Of a stretch of DNA of 32,000 bases, positions 16,872-26,361 are shown one piece after another. The number at the start of each line of letters is the position of its first letter. Positions within the stretch are counted from its first letter, which is position 1. The notes beneath the pieces were generated by a model. It was not told the origin of the DNA. It saw only the letters and a program-made list of their open reading frames with translations, and did no database searches. The translations under genes and the position numbers were made by a program. The stretch comes from Candidatus Omnitrophota bacterium (GTDB lineage Bacteria; Omnitrophota; Gorgyraeia; Zapsychrales; JANLHA01): contig OY759724.1 in assembly GCA_963662715.1 (NCBI GenBank), forward strand, positions 2,220,001 through 2,252,000, given 5' to 3'.

Positions 16872-17600
16872 ATGAGCTTACATTTGCTAGAAACAAAGGG
16901 GTTAGTTAAGACCTACGGTGGCCGGAGAGTTGTCGACGGGTTAAGTATTACTGTCGGCCGTTCGGAAATTGTCGGGATCCTGGGGCCGAATGGCGCGGGC
17001 AAAACAACCTCTTTTTACATGATCGTAGGTATTATTGCCCCGGACCTGGGGCAGATATTTTTTGATCAGGTGGACATAACCAAAAAACCCATTCATGACA
17101 GATGCCGGCTCGGCATGGGATATTTAGCGCAGGAAAATTCCATTTTCCGCAAACTGACCGTCCGTGAGAATATTATGTCCATTCTGGAAACTCTCGATAT
17201 CAGTCCGAGAGAGAGGCGTCGCCGTCTCAATGCTTTGTTGGAGGAATTAAATATCGCGCATTTGGCCAAAAGCAAAGCGTATACGTTGAGCGGCGGGGAA
17301 CGCCGGCGGTTGGAAATCACCCGGGCCTTGGTCACGAATCCGTCTTTTCTTCTGCTGGACGAACCCTTTTCCGGTATAGATCCGATTGTTGTGGCTGAAG
17401 CTCAGGAAATCATTAAGGATTTGAAGAATCGGGGGATCGGGATTCTGCTGACGGATCATAATGTGCGGGAAACCCTTTCCATCACCGACCGGGCTTATCT
17501 CGTGGCGGAGGGCAATGTCCTGATTTCAGGAACGACGAAGGATTTGATTAATGATCCGAAAGCGAAGCAGATATATTTGGGTGAAAAGTTCAGTATGTAG
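16872..17600 (+). CDS. lptB: LPS export ABC transporter ATP-binding protein LptB
   Basis: Walker A is GPNGAGKTT, the ABC signature is LSGGERRRLEITRAL, and Walker B is LLLDEPF. Length is 242 aa, in a context of lptC/lptA-like genes. Confidence 0.9.
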   Translation: MSLHLLETKGLVKTYGGRRVVDGLSITVGRSEIVGILGPNGAGKTTSFYMIVGIIAPDLGQIFFDQVDITKKPIHDRCRLGMGYLAQENSIFRKLTVRENIMSILETLDISPRERRRRLNALLEELNIAHLAKSKAYTLSGGERRRLEITRALVTNPSFLLLDEPFSGIDPIVVAEAQEIIKDLKNRGIGILLTDHNVRETLSITDRAYLVAEGNVLISGTTKDLINDPKAKQIYLGEKFSM

Positions 17601-17623
17601 CGTAATTGTAAGGAGGTTATAAG

Positions 17624-18514
17624 TTGACGATGAAAGTTGAAGTCAAGAAAGTTGATGCTCTTAAACGGGAATTAAATTTTGAAGTTCCTAAAGAACGGGT
17701 CGCGCAGACGCTCGATGAGGTTTACCAGGATTTGGCCAAGGTTGCGAAGGTGAAGGGATTCCGGCCGGGGAAAGTGCCCCGTCATATCCTGGAAAACGAA
17801 CATGCGGCTTTGGCCCGGGAAGAAACCCTGAAAAAGATTATCCCGGCCGTTTACCGCGAAGGGATTGAACAGGAATCGATTTCTCCCATTGATTTGCCGG
17901 AGATTGAAAATGTCGAGTTTAAAGACGGAGCGGTAACATTTACAGCCGTTATTGATATTAAACCCGACGTAAAGATCAATAATTATAAGGGCATTTCCGT
18001 TAAAAGAAAAAGTTCCCAGGTGACGGAAGAAGAGATTAATAAAACTCTGGAATTCTTTAAGAAAAGTCAAGGTGACGATAAAGAGATCGCCCTGGACGAT
18101 AATTTTGCCAAAGGATTAGGTTACCCGAGCCTGGATGATTTTAAACAGACATTGCGGCGGCAGATGGAGATGGATAAAGACCGGGCGAACCGGGCTGATA
18201 TCGAAAATCAGATTGTGGAAGCTTTACTCAAGGAATCAAAGTTCCCTGTGCCGCAATCACTTGTTAAAAAACAGCTGGAGCACCGCCTTCATCATGCCAA
18301 GGAACGGCTGGTGTCGCAGGGGATGCCGGAAGAAGATGTGGCAAAGAAAGAAACGGACATTCGCAAAGAATTGCAGCAGACCGTAGAAAAGGATGTCAAA
18401 GTCTACTTGATTTTTGATAAAATTGCCCAGTTGGAGGGGATCGCTGTTAAGGAGAATGAGAATTTGCCGGCCAAGGTTATGGAATTTTTATTTAAAGAAG
18501 CTCGTTGGGAATAA
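17624..18514 (+). CDS. tig: Trigger factor, short form (N-terminal ribosome-binding domain joined directly to the C-terminal chaperone domain, with no FKBP/PPIase domain recognisable)
   Basis: The TF signature GFRPGKVP is at aa 45-52, within an N-domain pattern [10 protein letters not shown]...[18 protein letters not shown]. Length is 296 aa, against the roughly 430 aa I recall for canonical TF. The gene lies directly upstream of clpP. AGGAGG is at 17611-17616. The start is TTG 17624 or ATG 17630. Confidence 0.8.
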   Translation: MTMKVEVKKVDALKRELNFEVPKERVAQTLDEVYQDLAKVAKVKGFRPGKVPRHILENEHAALAREETLKKIIPAVYREGIEQESISPIDLPEIENVEFKDGAVTFTAVIDIKPDVKINNYKGISVKRKSSQVTEEEINKTLEFFKKSQGDDKEIALDDNFAKGLGYPSLDDFKQTLRRQMEMDKDRANRADIENQIVEALLKESKFPVPQSLVKKQLEHRLHHAKERLVSQGMPEEDVAKKETDIRKELQQTVEKDVKVYLIFDKIAQLEGIAVKENENLPAKVMEFLFKEARWE

Positions 18515-18555
18515 TATTTATTAATTTTTCTACCCGATGCAAAGGAGCAGAGAAT

Positions 18556-19149
18556 ATGGATGCAAAATACCAAACATTGGTTCCAATGGTCATAGAGAAA
18601 ACAGGGCATGCTGAAAGAGCGTATGATATTTATTCGCGTCTTTTGAAAGACCGGATTATTTTTATCGGAACAGCGATTGATGACATGGTCGCCAATCTTG
18701 TCATTGCCCAGCTATTGTTCCTCCAAAGTGAAGACTCATCAAAGGATATCAACGTGTACGTTAATTCGCCCGGAGGTTCCGTCACGGCCGGTTTGGCTAT
18801 TTATGATACGATTCAGTATATCAAACCCGATGTTTGCACCTACTGTATCGGACAGGCGGCGAGCATGGGCGCGGTTTTGCTTTCCGCCGGGACAAAAGGG
18901 AAAAGATTCGCGTTGCCTTTCTCGAGAATCATGATTCATCAGCCGTGGGGCGGCGCGCAGGGTACGGCCAGCGATATCTCCATACAAGCCAAGGAAATAT
19001 TAAGGATGAAAGAAGATTTAGTTAAGATTCTAGCCAAACATACCGGCCAGACGATCGAAAAGATTGAAAAGGATTCCGACAGGGATTTCTTTATGTCTTC
19101 ATTTGAGGCTAAAGATTACGGACTGGTGGACCAGGTGTTAGAAAATTAA
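18556..19149 (+). CDS. clpP: ATP-dependent Clp protease proteolytic subunit ClpP
   Basis: Motifs are [19 protein letters not shown], the catalytic Ser context [11 protein letters not shown] and the His context MIHQPWGG. The ATG at 18556 is preceded by AAAGGAG at 18541-18547. The ORF track starts further upstream, at 18505. Confidence 0.95.
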   Translation: MDAKYQTLVPMVIEKTGHAERAYDIYSRLLKDRIIFIGTAIDDMVANLVIAQLLFLQSEDSSKDINVYVNSPGGSVTAGLAIYDTIQYIKPDVCTYCIGQAASMGAVLLSAGTKGKRFALPFSRIMIHQPWGGAQGTASDISIQAKEILRMKEDLVKILAKHTGQTIEKIEKDSDRDFFMSSFEAKDYGLVDQVLEN

Positions 19150-19242
19150 CGGAAAGGATTGCGTATTCATATAGCTTGAGATGACATTTTATGAACCAGG
19201 GTATAGTTTGTGATTAACTCTTTCTAACAGAAAGGTTTTGCC

Positions 19243-20388
19243 ATGAAAAGGAATTTATTGCTTACTCCCGGCCCGACGCATGTCCCGCCGAAATTATGTG
19301 AAGTCTTGGGGCGTCCGATCATTCACCACCGGACACCGCAGTTTCAGGATCATCTGAAAGATGTTATTTCCGGATTAAAATACGTTTTGCAGACGGAGAA
19401 TGACGTCTATTTGATGGCCTCTTCCGGCAGCGGGGCGATGGAGGCCAGTGTCTGCAGTCTGCTTTCCCCTCAGGATAAGGTTATTACCGTTGAGGGCGGA
19501 AAATTCGGCGAGCGCTGGACAGAACTCTGCCGGGCTTATCAAGCCGAACCCAAAGTCGTCGAAGTGCCGTGGGGCCAGTCTGTTGATCCTAAAAAGATTG
19601 AACAGCTTTTATCGGAAGACAAGGACATCAAAGCCGTTTATGTGACGCTGTGTGAAACGTCAACGGGAGTGACCGCCGATATTCAGGCCATCGGGAAGAT
19701 TGTCCGGAAAACCGATGCTGTTTTGGTTGTCGACGCCGTGAGCGCCCTGGGCGTTATTGACTTGCAGATGGATGCCTGGGGTGTGGACGTTGTTGCTTCG
19801 GCTTCCCATAAGGGATTAATGCTCCCGCCCGGCGTCGCCTTTGTCGCTATGAGCCCTAAAGCCCAGGCTTTGATGGAACAGTCGAAATGTCCTAAATATT
19901 ATTTTGACCTGAAGAAGTATAAAAAAGTCGCCGGTAAGCCCGACACGCCTTTTACTCCTGCCATCGGCATCATGATCGCTTTGACGGAAAGCTTAAAGCT
20001 TATCCAGGAAACGGGGTTGGCTAATTTATTTAAACATTACGAACGTTTGGCCAAAGCAACGCGGTCTGCCGCTAAAGCTTTGGGGCTGACGTTATTTGCT
20101 GATGACTCCTGCATTTCCAATGTTTTAACCGCTATTAACCTGCCCGAAGGGGTGGACGGCGGCAAAGTGGTAAAGCTTATGCGCGATAAATACGGTATTT
20201 CTGTTGCCGGAGGTCAAGGCGAGTTGAAAGGGAAGATTGTCCGGATAGCGCATATGGGCTGTCTGGACGAATATGATATGCTGACCGGGCTTTCCTGCCT
20301 TGAGAAGGTTTTGAAGGAATTGGGGTATTCTTTCGAGTTAGGGGTGGGTGTCGCCGCTGCGCAGAAATATTTTAATGAAAATTCATGA
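19243..20388 (+). CDS. Class-V pyridoxal-phosphate aminotransferase (serine-pyruvate / phosphoserine aminotransferase-like)
   Basis: The N-terminus is LLTPGPT. The PLP-lysine context is ASASHKGLMLPPG. Length is 381 aa. Its position next to serA suggests a role in the phosphorylated serine pathway, which is an inference. Confidence 0.8.
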   Translation: MKRNLLLTPGPTHVPPKLCEVLGRPIIHHRTPQFQDHLKDVISGLKYVLQTENDVYLMASSGSGAMEASVCSLLSPQDKVITVEGGKFGERWTELCRAYQAEPKVVEVPWGQSVDPKKIEQLLSEDKDIKAVYVTLCETSTGVTADIQAIGKIVRKTDAVLVVDAVSALGVIDLQMDAWGVDVVASASHKGLMLPPGVAFVAMSPKAQALMEQSKCPKYYFDLKKYKKVAGKPDTPFTPAIGIMIALTESLKLIQETGLANLFKHYERLAKATRSAAKALGLTLFADDSCISNVLTAINLPEGVDGGKVVKLMRDKYGISVAGGQGELKGKIVRIAHMGCLDEYDMLTGLSCLEKVLKELGYSFELGVGVAAAQKYFNENS

Positions 20389-20541
20389 TATCAGATTTTT
20401 TGATAATGGAATGTTGTTGAATAAATATGATGTCTCTTGCGAATGGTCAAAGTATTGAAGTCGCTGTGAATTTTTCACCTGATTATTCGTCCAATACCAT
20501 AGCCGGTCGTGAGTGCCTTATGAGGGAAAGGAGAGGGTCCC

Positions 20542-22125
20542 ATGAAGATCTTGATTAGTGATAAATTGGCCAATGAAGGCGTTGAAATACTTAAATCCGA
20601 AAAGGATTTCGAGGTGGACTGCAAATTCGGCATTAAGCCGGATGAGTTAAAAAAAATTATTAAAGAGTACCATGCCCTGATCATCCGTAGCGGGACGAAG
20701 GTGACGGAGGACATCCTGCAAGAAGCCGATAATTTAAGAATCATCGGCCGGGCGGGGGTTGGTTTGGATAACGTTGACCTGAAAGCGGCCACCAAGAAAG
20801 GTGTTGTGGCCATGAATACTCCTGCCGGGAACACGACGTCCACGGCGGAACATACCATGAGCCTTATTCTGGCCTTGTCCCGGAACATCCCCCAGGCGTG
20901 CGCTTCCTTGAAGGCGGGGAAATGGGAACGTTCGAAGTTCGGCGGCGTTGAATTGTATGGAAAAGTTTTGGGTATTATCGGACTCGGCCGTATCGGCTCT
21001 ACAGTGGCGACAATGGCCAAAGGGTTCGGGATGAAAATCATCGGTTTTGACCCTTTCCTTTCTATGGAGGTCGCCAATAAGCTGGGTGTTGACATGGTTG
21101 ATCTGGAAGATTTGATAAAAACTTCGGATTATATCACCATTCATATCCCCAAGAGCGCGGAAACAAAAAATATGATTTCTAATAAAGAATTTGCTATGAT
21201 GAAAAAGTCCGTCCGTTTGATCAATTGTGCCCGGGGGGGCATTATTGATGAAAAAGCTCTTGAGAAGGCTCTTCAGGAGGAGAAAATTTCCGGATGTGCC
21301 TTGGATGTTTATGAGCAGGAACCGCCGCCGCCGGATTTTCCTCTTTTGAAGTATGATAATTGCATCGTGACTCCGCATCTGGGGGCTTCGACATCTGAAG
21401 CCCAGATTAACGTGGCGATTGAAATTGCCCAGGCCGTGCGGGATGCCCTTTTAGGGAAAGGTATTATCAACGCGGCTAATTTCCCTTCGGTAAGCAGCGA
21501 GGCCTTTAAAATTTTAGTGCCTTATATTGATTTGGCCGAACGCATGGGCAAATTTGCCGGGCAATTGCTTAACGGCCGGATCAGTGAAATCAAGATTACT
21601 TTTGCGGGCGTCATGACGAAGTATAAAACAGATCCGCTGACCATGGCTCTTGTCAAAGGTTTGCTGCACTCTATCCTGGGAGACACCGTCAACATGGTTA
21701 ACGCTCTGGAGGTCGCGGGGGAAAGGGGTGTTAATATCCAGGGCATTCATTCCACCAAGGAAGAAGAGTTTGTGAACCTTATTAAGGCGGAAGTTGTTAC
21801 CGATAAGGAATCCTTTCTGGTCTGGGGAACGCTGGCGGGGAATAATCAGCCCCGTATTGTCAAGGTCAATGATGTCTACGTTGAGGCGATTCCTTCCGGT
21901 TCAATGATCTTTATTAATAATAATGACAAGCCTGGAATTGTCGGCGCTGTCGGAACGATCCTGGGAGATGCCAAGATTAATATCGCAAGCATCACATTCG
22001 GAAGGGAATCCCCGGGGGGATTAGCCGTTAGTCTTGTGAATGTTGACAGCCCTGTTGCTGACGATATTATTGAGAAAATCAGGCAGACTCAAGATGTCCT
22101 TTTTGTCAAGTTGCTGAAAGTTTAG
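20542..22125 (+). CDS. serA: D-3-phosphoglycerate dehydrogenase (long form with a C-terminal ACT-type regulatory region)
   Basis: The NAD-binding motif is GIIGLGRIGSTVA. The 2-hydroxyacid dehydrogenase motifs LINCARGGIIDE and PHLGAST are present. Length is 527 aa. AAGGAGAG lies upstream of the ATG. Confidence 0.9.
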   Translation: MKILISDKLANEGVEILKSEKDFEVDCKFGIKPDELKKIIKEYHALIIRSGTKVTEDILQEADNLRIIGRAGVGLDNVDLKAATKKGVVAMNTPAGNTTSTAEHTMSLILALSRNIPQACASLKAGKWERSKFGGVELYGKVLGIIGLGRIGSTVATMAKGFGMKIIGFDPFLSMEVANKLGVDMVDLEDLIKTSDYITIHIPKSAETKNMISNKEFAMMKKSVRLINCARGGIIDEKALEKALQEEKISGCALDVYEQEPPPPDFPLLKYDNCIVTPHLGASTSEAQINVAIEIAQAVRDALLGKGIINAANFPSVSSEAFKILVPYIDLAERMGKFAGQLLNGRISEIKITFAGVMTKYKTDPLTMALVKGLLHSILGDTVNMVNALEVAGERGVNIQGIHSTKEEEFVNLIKAEVVTDKESFLVWGTLAGNNQPRIVKVNDVYVEAIPSGSMIFINNNDKPGIVGAVGTILGDAKINIASITFGRESPGGLAVSLVNVDSPVADDIIEKIRQTQDVLFVKLLKV

Positions 22126-22165
22126 GCCGGCTGATCCTGAGAAAATATCGACTCCCAGAAGATGT

Positions 22166-22969
22166 TTGGGAGAAAGGGGGCGGGTTATCTTGAAAAGCGC
22201 AGATCGGTGTCCGCAGCATCCTCTGGCTGTTTTCGGAGTGTTGCCGGCTTTGAAAGGAGGACTCCTGGATTCTTTGACTCCGGGAAGCATGGCTGCGTGG
22301 CTGATCTTGGCGGCTTTGCTCGTCCTCATCAACCGGCGAAACAAGCATATGGTTCAGTACGCGGCCCTGATCATTACCGGGGTCTTTGTCCTGAGGATTA
22401 TGATCGTTTCGAGTGCTTTGGATTTTTTTATTTTGTCCAAGGGGCTGGATGTTTTTCTGGAAATCTGGTATTTTATTTTTTCCATCGTTTGTCTGGCTCT
22501 CGGCTGTATCTTCTGGCACGACTGGTGGGTGGGCAAAAGAAACGGGAAGGTGTGGGTGACCGCGGATTTCTTTTTCGGCCCTTTGAACTCCCCTAATGAT
22601 GGCGCATGCGTCTCCCCTAAAGGTCATTGGCTAAAAGCTTTTCTGCGATATTTGCTTGCCGCAGTCCTGGCCCTGCTGACCGGAGGGGGACTGGCCCTGC
22701 TTGCTTCAGCCTGGGCCGAAAACGCTGTTTTTGTCACGACGGTTTTATCGTTGATGTCTGCTTATAATATGCCGGGGCTGTTTCTTGTCTTATGCGTTTA
22801 TTCTTTTATGTATGTCTTGCCGCTGTTCCTGGTGCTGATTTTGAGTATACTCGGGTTAAAAAAGAAAAGATCCGCAGACTATCTGCGAAGTCATTTTTCT
22901 TTGGTTCAAATCGTGATTGCTGCCGTGTTCTTGGGATACGGGATTGCCTTTATATCATATTATCCTTAA
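22166..22969 (+). CDS. Polytopic membrane protein of unknown function (about 6-7 predicted hydrophobic helices)
   Basis: Hydrophobic segments recur, for example AAWLILAALLVLI, YAALIITGVFVL, IWYFIFSIVCLALGCIF, LLAAVLALLTGGGLALLASAW, LFLVLCVYSFMYVLPLFLVLILSIL and IVIAAVFLGYGIAFI. The start is uncertain: TTG 22166, TTG 22190 (AAAGGGGG upstream) or ATG 22289. I recognise no family. Confidence 0.5.
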   Translation: MGERGRVILKSADRCPQHPLAVFGVLPALKGGLLDSLTPGSMAAWLILAALLVLINRRNKHMVQYAALIITGVFVLRIMIVSSALDFFILSKGLDVFLEIWYFIFSIVCLALGCIFWHDWWVGKRNGKVWVTADFFFGPLNSPNDGACVSPKGHWLKAFLRYLLAAVLALLTGGGLALLASAWAENAVFVTTVLSLMSAYNMPGLFLVLCVYSFMYVLPLFLVLILSILGLKKKRSADYLRSHFSLVQIVIAAVFLGYGIAFISYYP

Positions 22970-22987
22970 ATTAATTCTTAGGAGTAA

Positions 22988-24271
<1,284 letters not shown>

Positions 24272-24367
24272 GAAATATTCAGAAATATCTCGGGGACGTT
24301 TTCTCCCTGGTTATTAAATATTATTAATTAATAACTAGTAATAAGAGTGAGGTTTGTGAGAATCCTC

Positions 24368-24396
24368 TTGACTTTAAAAAGGGCATATGTTAATTT
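24368..24396 (+). promoter_or_regulatory. Putative sigma70-type promoter for the OmpA-lipoprotein / coiled-coil gene pair
   Basis: TTGACT at 24368-24373, a 17-nt spacer, then TAATTT at 24391-24396. The -10 element is preceded by TGt, an extended -10. It lies about 24 nt upstream of the ATG, in an AT-rich 148-nt spacer after purA. Confidence 0.4.
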
Positions 24397-24419
24397 GAAA
24401 ATCAAAAAAGGAGGAAGGC

Positions 24420-25076
24420 ATGCGCCATAAATTTGCGATTTTTGTAACTTTTACTCTGTTAAGCATTTTTGTCGTCAGTCTTTCAGGATGTACAATTGTT
24501 TTTCAGAAGGGACAACGCAAGGATAATCAGAAGATAGCTTATTTAAAGAATGAATATTCTCGCTTGCAAAATGAACTATCTGAGTTAGAGCGTGCCAAAA
24601 TGGAGTTGGAGAACCGGTTGAGAAACGAAATCGACGATCAGGAAGTCAAAGTGGAAATGTTGGATCGCGGTTTAGTAATAACTTTTGTAGCGGAAGTATT
24701 ATTTGACTCTGGAAAAGCAAAGTTAAGATCGGAAGCCCTGGGTAAACTTGACCGTGTCGGGTCGGTCCTGAAAACGACGGTTTCTGATTTAAATATTGGG
24801 GTTGAAGGACATACGGACAATGTCCCTATCAAGGTTTCCGGCTGGAAGTCCAATTGGGAGCTGTCTTCGGCACGAGCCATGAGTGTTCTTCATTATCTGG
24901 TTGATGATGTGGGAGTTGCCCCGGACCGTTTGTCCGCAACGGGTTACGGCGAATATCGTCCTGTTGCCAGCAATGCTTCGGCCGAGGGCCGACAAAATAA
25001 CCGGCGAGTGGAGATTGTTATTTTACCTAAAACAACAAAGAAGGCCACAACAGAGCCAAGGGAAAATTTGAAGTAA
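24420..25076 (+). CDS. OmpA/MotB-domain lipoprotein with a coiled-coil spacer (peptidoglycan-binding)
   Basis: The signal peptide carries the lipobox LSGC, with Cys at aa 24. A heptad-like segment follows (LKNEYSRLQNELSELERAKMELENRLRNEI). The OmpA-like domain has GHTDNVPI, SNWELSSARAMSVLHYL and NRRVEIVI. A strong SD sequence (GGAGG) lies 5 nt upstream of the ATG. Confidence 0.85.
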   Translation: MRHKFAIFVTFTLLSIFVVSLSGCTIVFQKGQRKDNQKIAYLKNEYSRLQNELSELERAKMELENRLRNEIDDQEVKVEMLDRGLVITFVAEVLFDSGKAKLRSEALGKLDRVGSVLKTTVSDLNIGVEGHTDNVPIKVSGWKSNWELSSARAMSVLHYLVDDVGVAPDRLSATGYGEYRPVASNASAEGRQNNRRVEIVILPKTTKKATTEPRENLK

Positions 25077-25091
25077 TTCACACAGATCAAC

Positions 25092-25499
25092 ATGTCAAAA
25101 ACGGAGGATGACGTGAAAAATATTACCGTACCTGTTGCTGTGGCCATTGCGATCATTGGGTGTGTCCTGGCGGTTAATGCAAGCGTGAATATGAGTAAGA
25201 TTGACCAGATTCTCGAACAGGAGAGATTTCACCGCCTTGCTTCCGAGCAGAAATTGCAAGGGGCTCAAAGGACGATTAAACAATTGGAAAGGGACTTGGC
25301 TGACTCCCGGAAGAAAATCAAAAACATCGAGGATATCATTAATCAAGGCAAAACAACGACCTCTGATTTACATGCGCAGTTAGAAAAGGAAGCCCACGAA
25401 AAGGTGAAGTTAATGCAGCAAGTCCAGCAGCTGCAAAACACTCTTGGGCAATTGGAAAAGGTGAATCAACCCGTGAACGCTCCAACAGGAAGTCAGTAA
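25092..25499 (+). CDS. Small membrane-anchored coiled-coil protein, unknown function
   Basis: One N-terminal hydrophobic helix (ITVPVAVAIAIIGCVLAV) is followed by about 100 aa rich in charged and heptad-like residues (QKLQGAQRTIKQLERDLADSRKKIKNIEDII...QQVQQLQNTLGQLEK). It starts 15 nt after the OmpA-like gene, and a terminator follows it. An alternative GTG start lies at 25113, after GGAGGA. Confidence 0.55.
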   Translation: MSKTEDDVKNITVPVAVAIAIIGCVLAVNASVNMSKIDQILEQERFHRLASEQKLQGAQRTIKQLERDLADSRKKIKNIEDIINQGKTTTSDLHAQLEKEAHEKVKLMQQVQQLQNTLGQLEKVNQPVNAPTGSQ

Positions 25500-25540
25500 G
25501 ATGTAAAAAGGGTTGATCCTTGAAAGCGCTGCTCTCAATG

Positions 25541-25566
25541 GGGGATGAAGAATCCCCTATTTTTTT
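25541..25566 (+). terminator. Rho-independent terminator after the coiled-coil gene
   Basis: The stem GGGGAT (25541-25546) pairs with ATCCCC (25552-25557) around a 5-nt loop GAAGA. TATTTTTTT follows at 25558-25566. It lies 42 nt after the stop at 25499. Confidence 0.6.
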
Positions 25567-25596
25567 GAATGACAACTCAGGGACGTTTGACCAAAG

Positions 25597-26337
25597 GTGT
25601 ACTTCGTGACAGGGTTAATTAACAAGACTATCATTCCCCAGCATATTGCGATTATTATGGACGGAAACGGGCGCTGGGCGAAGAGCCGGGAACTTCCTCG
25701 TTTCCGGGGGCATTTGGAAGGCGTTAAACGGATTGAGGAGATTTCCGCGGCAGCTAATGAACTGGGCGTCAAGGTATTGACGATTTTTGCTTTTTCTACG
25801 GAGAATTGGCAGCGTCCCAAAAGAGAAGTTGCGATGCTTATGAATATGCTGGGGAATGTCTTGACCAAAAGGCTCAATCGTCTGATTCACGAAAATATCC
25901 GTTTGCGTTTTATGGGAAAACGGGAAGGTATTCCGGCAGCTGTTTTGAAGTCTGTTGATCGGGCCATAATTAAAACCCAGAACAACACCGGACTTATTCT
26001 TAATCTCGCCTTTAATTATGGCGCGAGGCAGGAAATGGTTGATGCCGTTATAAGCATTGCGTCTCAGGTGCAGGATGGTTCTCTGTCTATAGCTGATATT
26101 GACGAAAAGACTGTGGGGCGAACGCTGTTGACCCATGATCTCCCTGACCCGGATCTTCTTATCAGGACATCGGGGGAACAGCGGATCAGCAATTTTCTTT
26201 TGTGGCAGTTGTCCTATGCGGAATTTTATTTTACGAATATTTTTTGGCCCGACTTTGATAAAAAAGAGTTTGAAAAGGCATTACGCGAATACCAAAAACG
26301 GGATCGCCGTTTTGGACGGGTCGTATCTAAAAAGTAG
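25597..26337 (+). CDS. uppS: Isoprenyl transferase (undecaprenyl-diphosphate synthase)
   Basis: Motifs are HIAIIMDGNGRWA and DLLIRTSGEQRISNFLLWQLSYAEF. The start is GTG at 25597. Length is 246 aa. Confidence 0.9.
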   Translation: MYFVTGLINKTIIPQHIAIIMDGNGRWAKSRELPRFRGHLEGVKRIEEISAAANELGVKVLTIFAFSTENWQRPKREVAMLMNMLGNVLTKRLNRLIHENIRLRFMGKREGIPAAVLKSVDRAIIKTQNNTGLILNLAFNYGARQEMVDAVISIASQVQDGSLSIADIDEKTVGRTLLTHDLPDPDLLIRTSGEQRISNFLLWQLSYAEFYFTNIFWPDFDKKEFEKALREYQKRDRRFGRVVSKK

Positions 26338-26361
26338 ATAATCTGTCAGAAGATAATTCCT

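Noticed and set aside
20389-20541. The 153-nt spacer upstream of serA, inspected for a T-box, riboswitch or attenuator.
   Set aside because: I found no specifier or T-box sequence, no terminator/antiterminator pair and no conserved riboswitch core that I recognise. It is just an AT-rich spacer with a strong SD sequence.
20475-21378. Minus-strand ORFs of 206 and 214 aa.
   Set aside because: Both are antisense to serA, whose NAD-binding and catalytic motifs are unambiguous. Neither carries a motif of its own.
22162-22596. An alternative 144-aa + strand ORF that overlaps the membrane-protein ORF in another frame.
   Set aside because: Its translation is rich in Gly, Arg and Phe, with no hydrophobic periodicity or motif. 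The 22166 frame gives coherent transmembrane helices across 267 aa.
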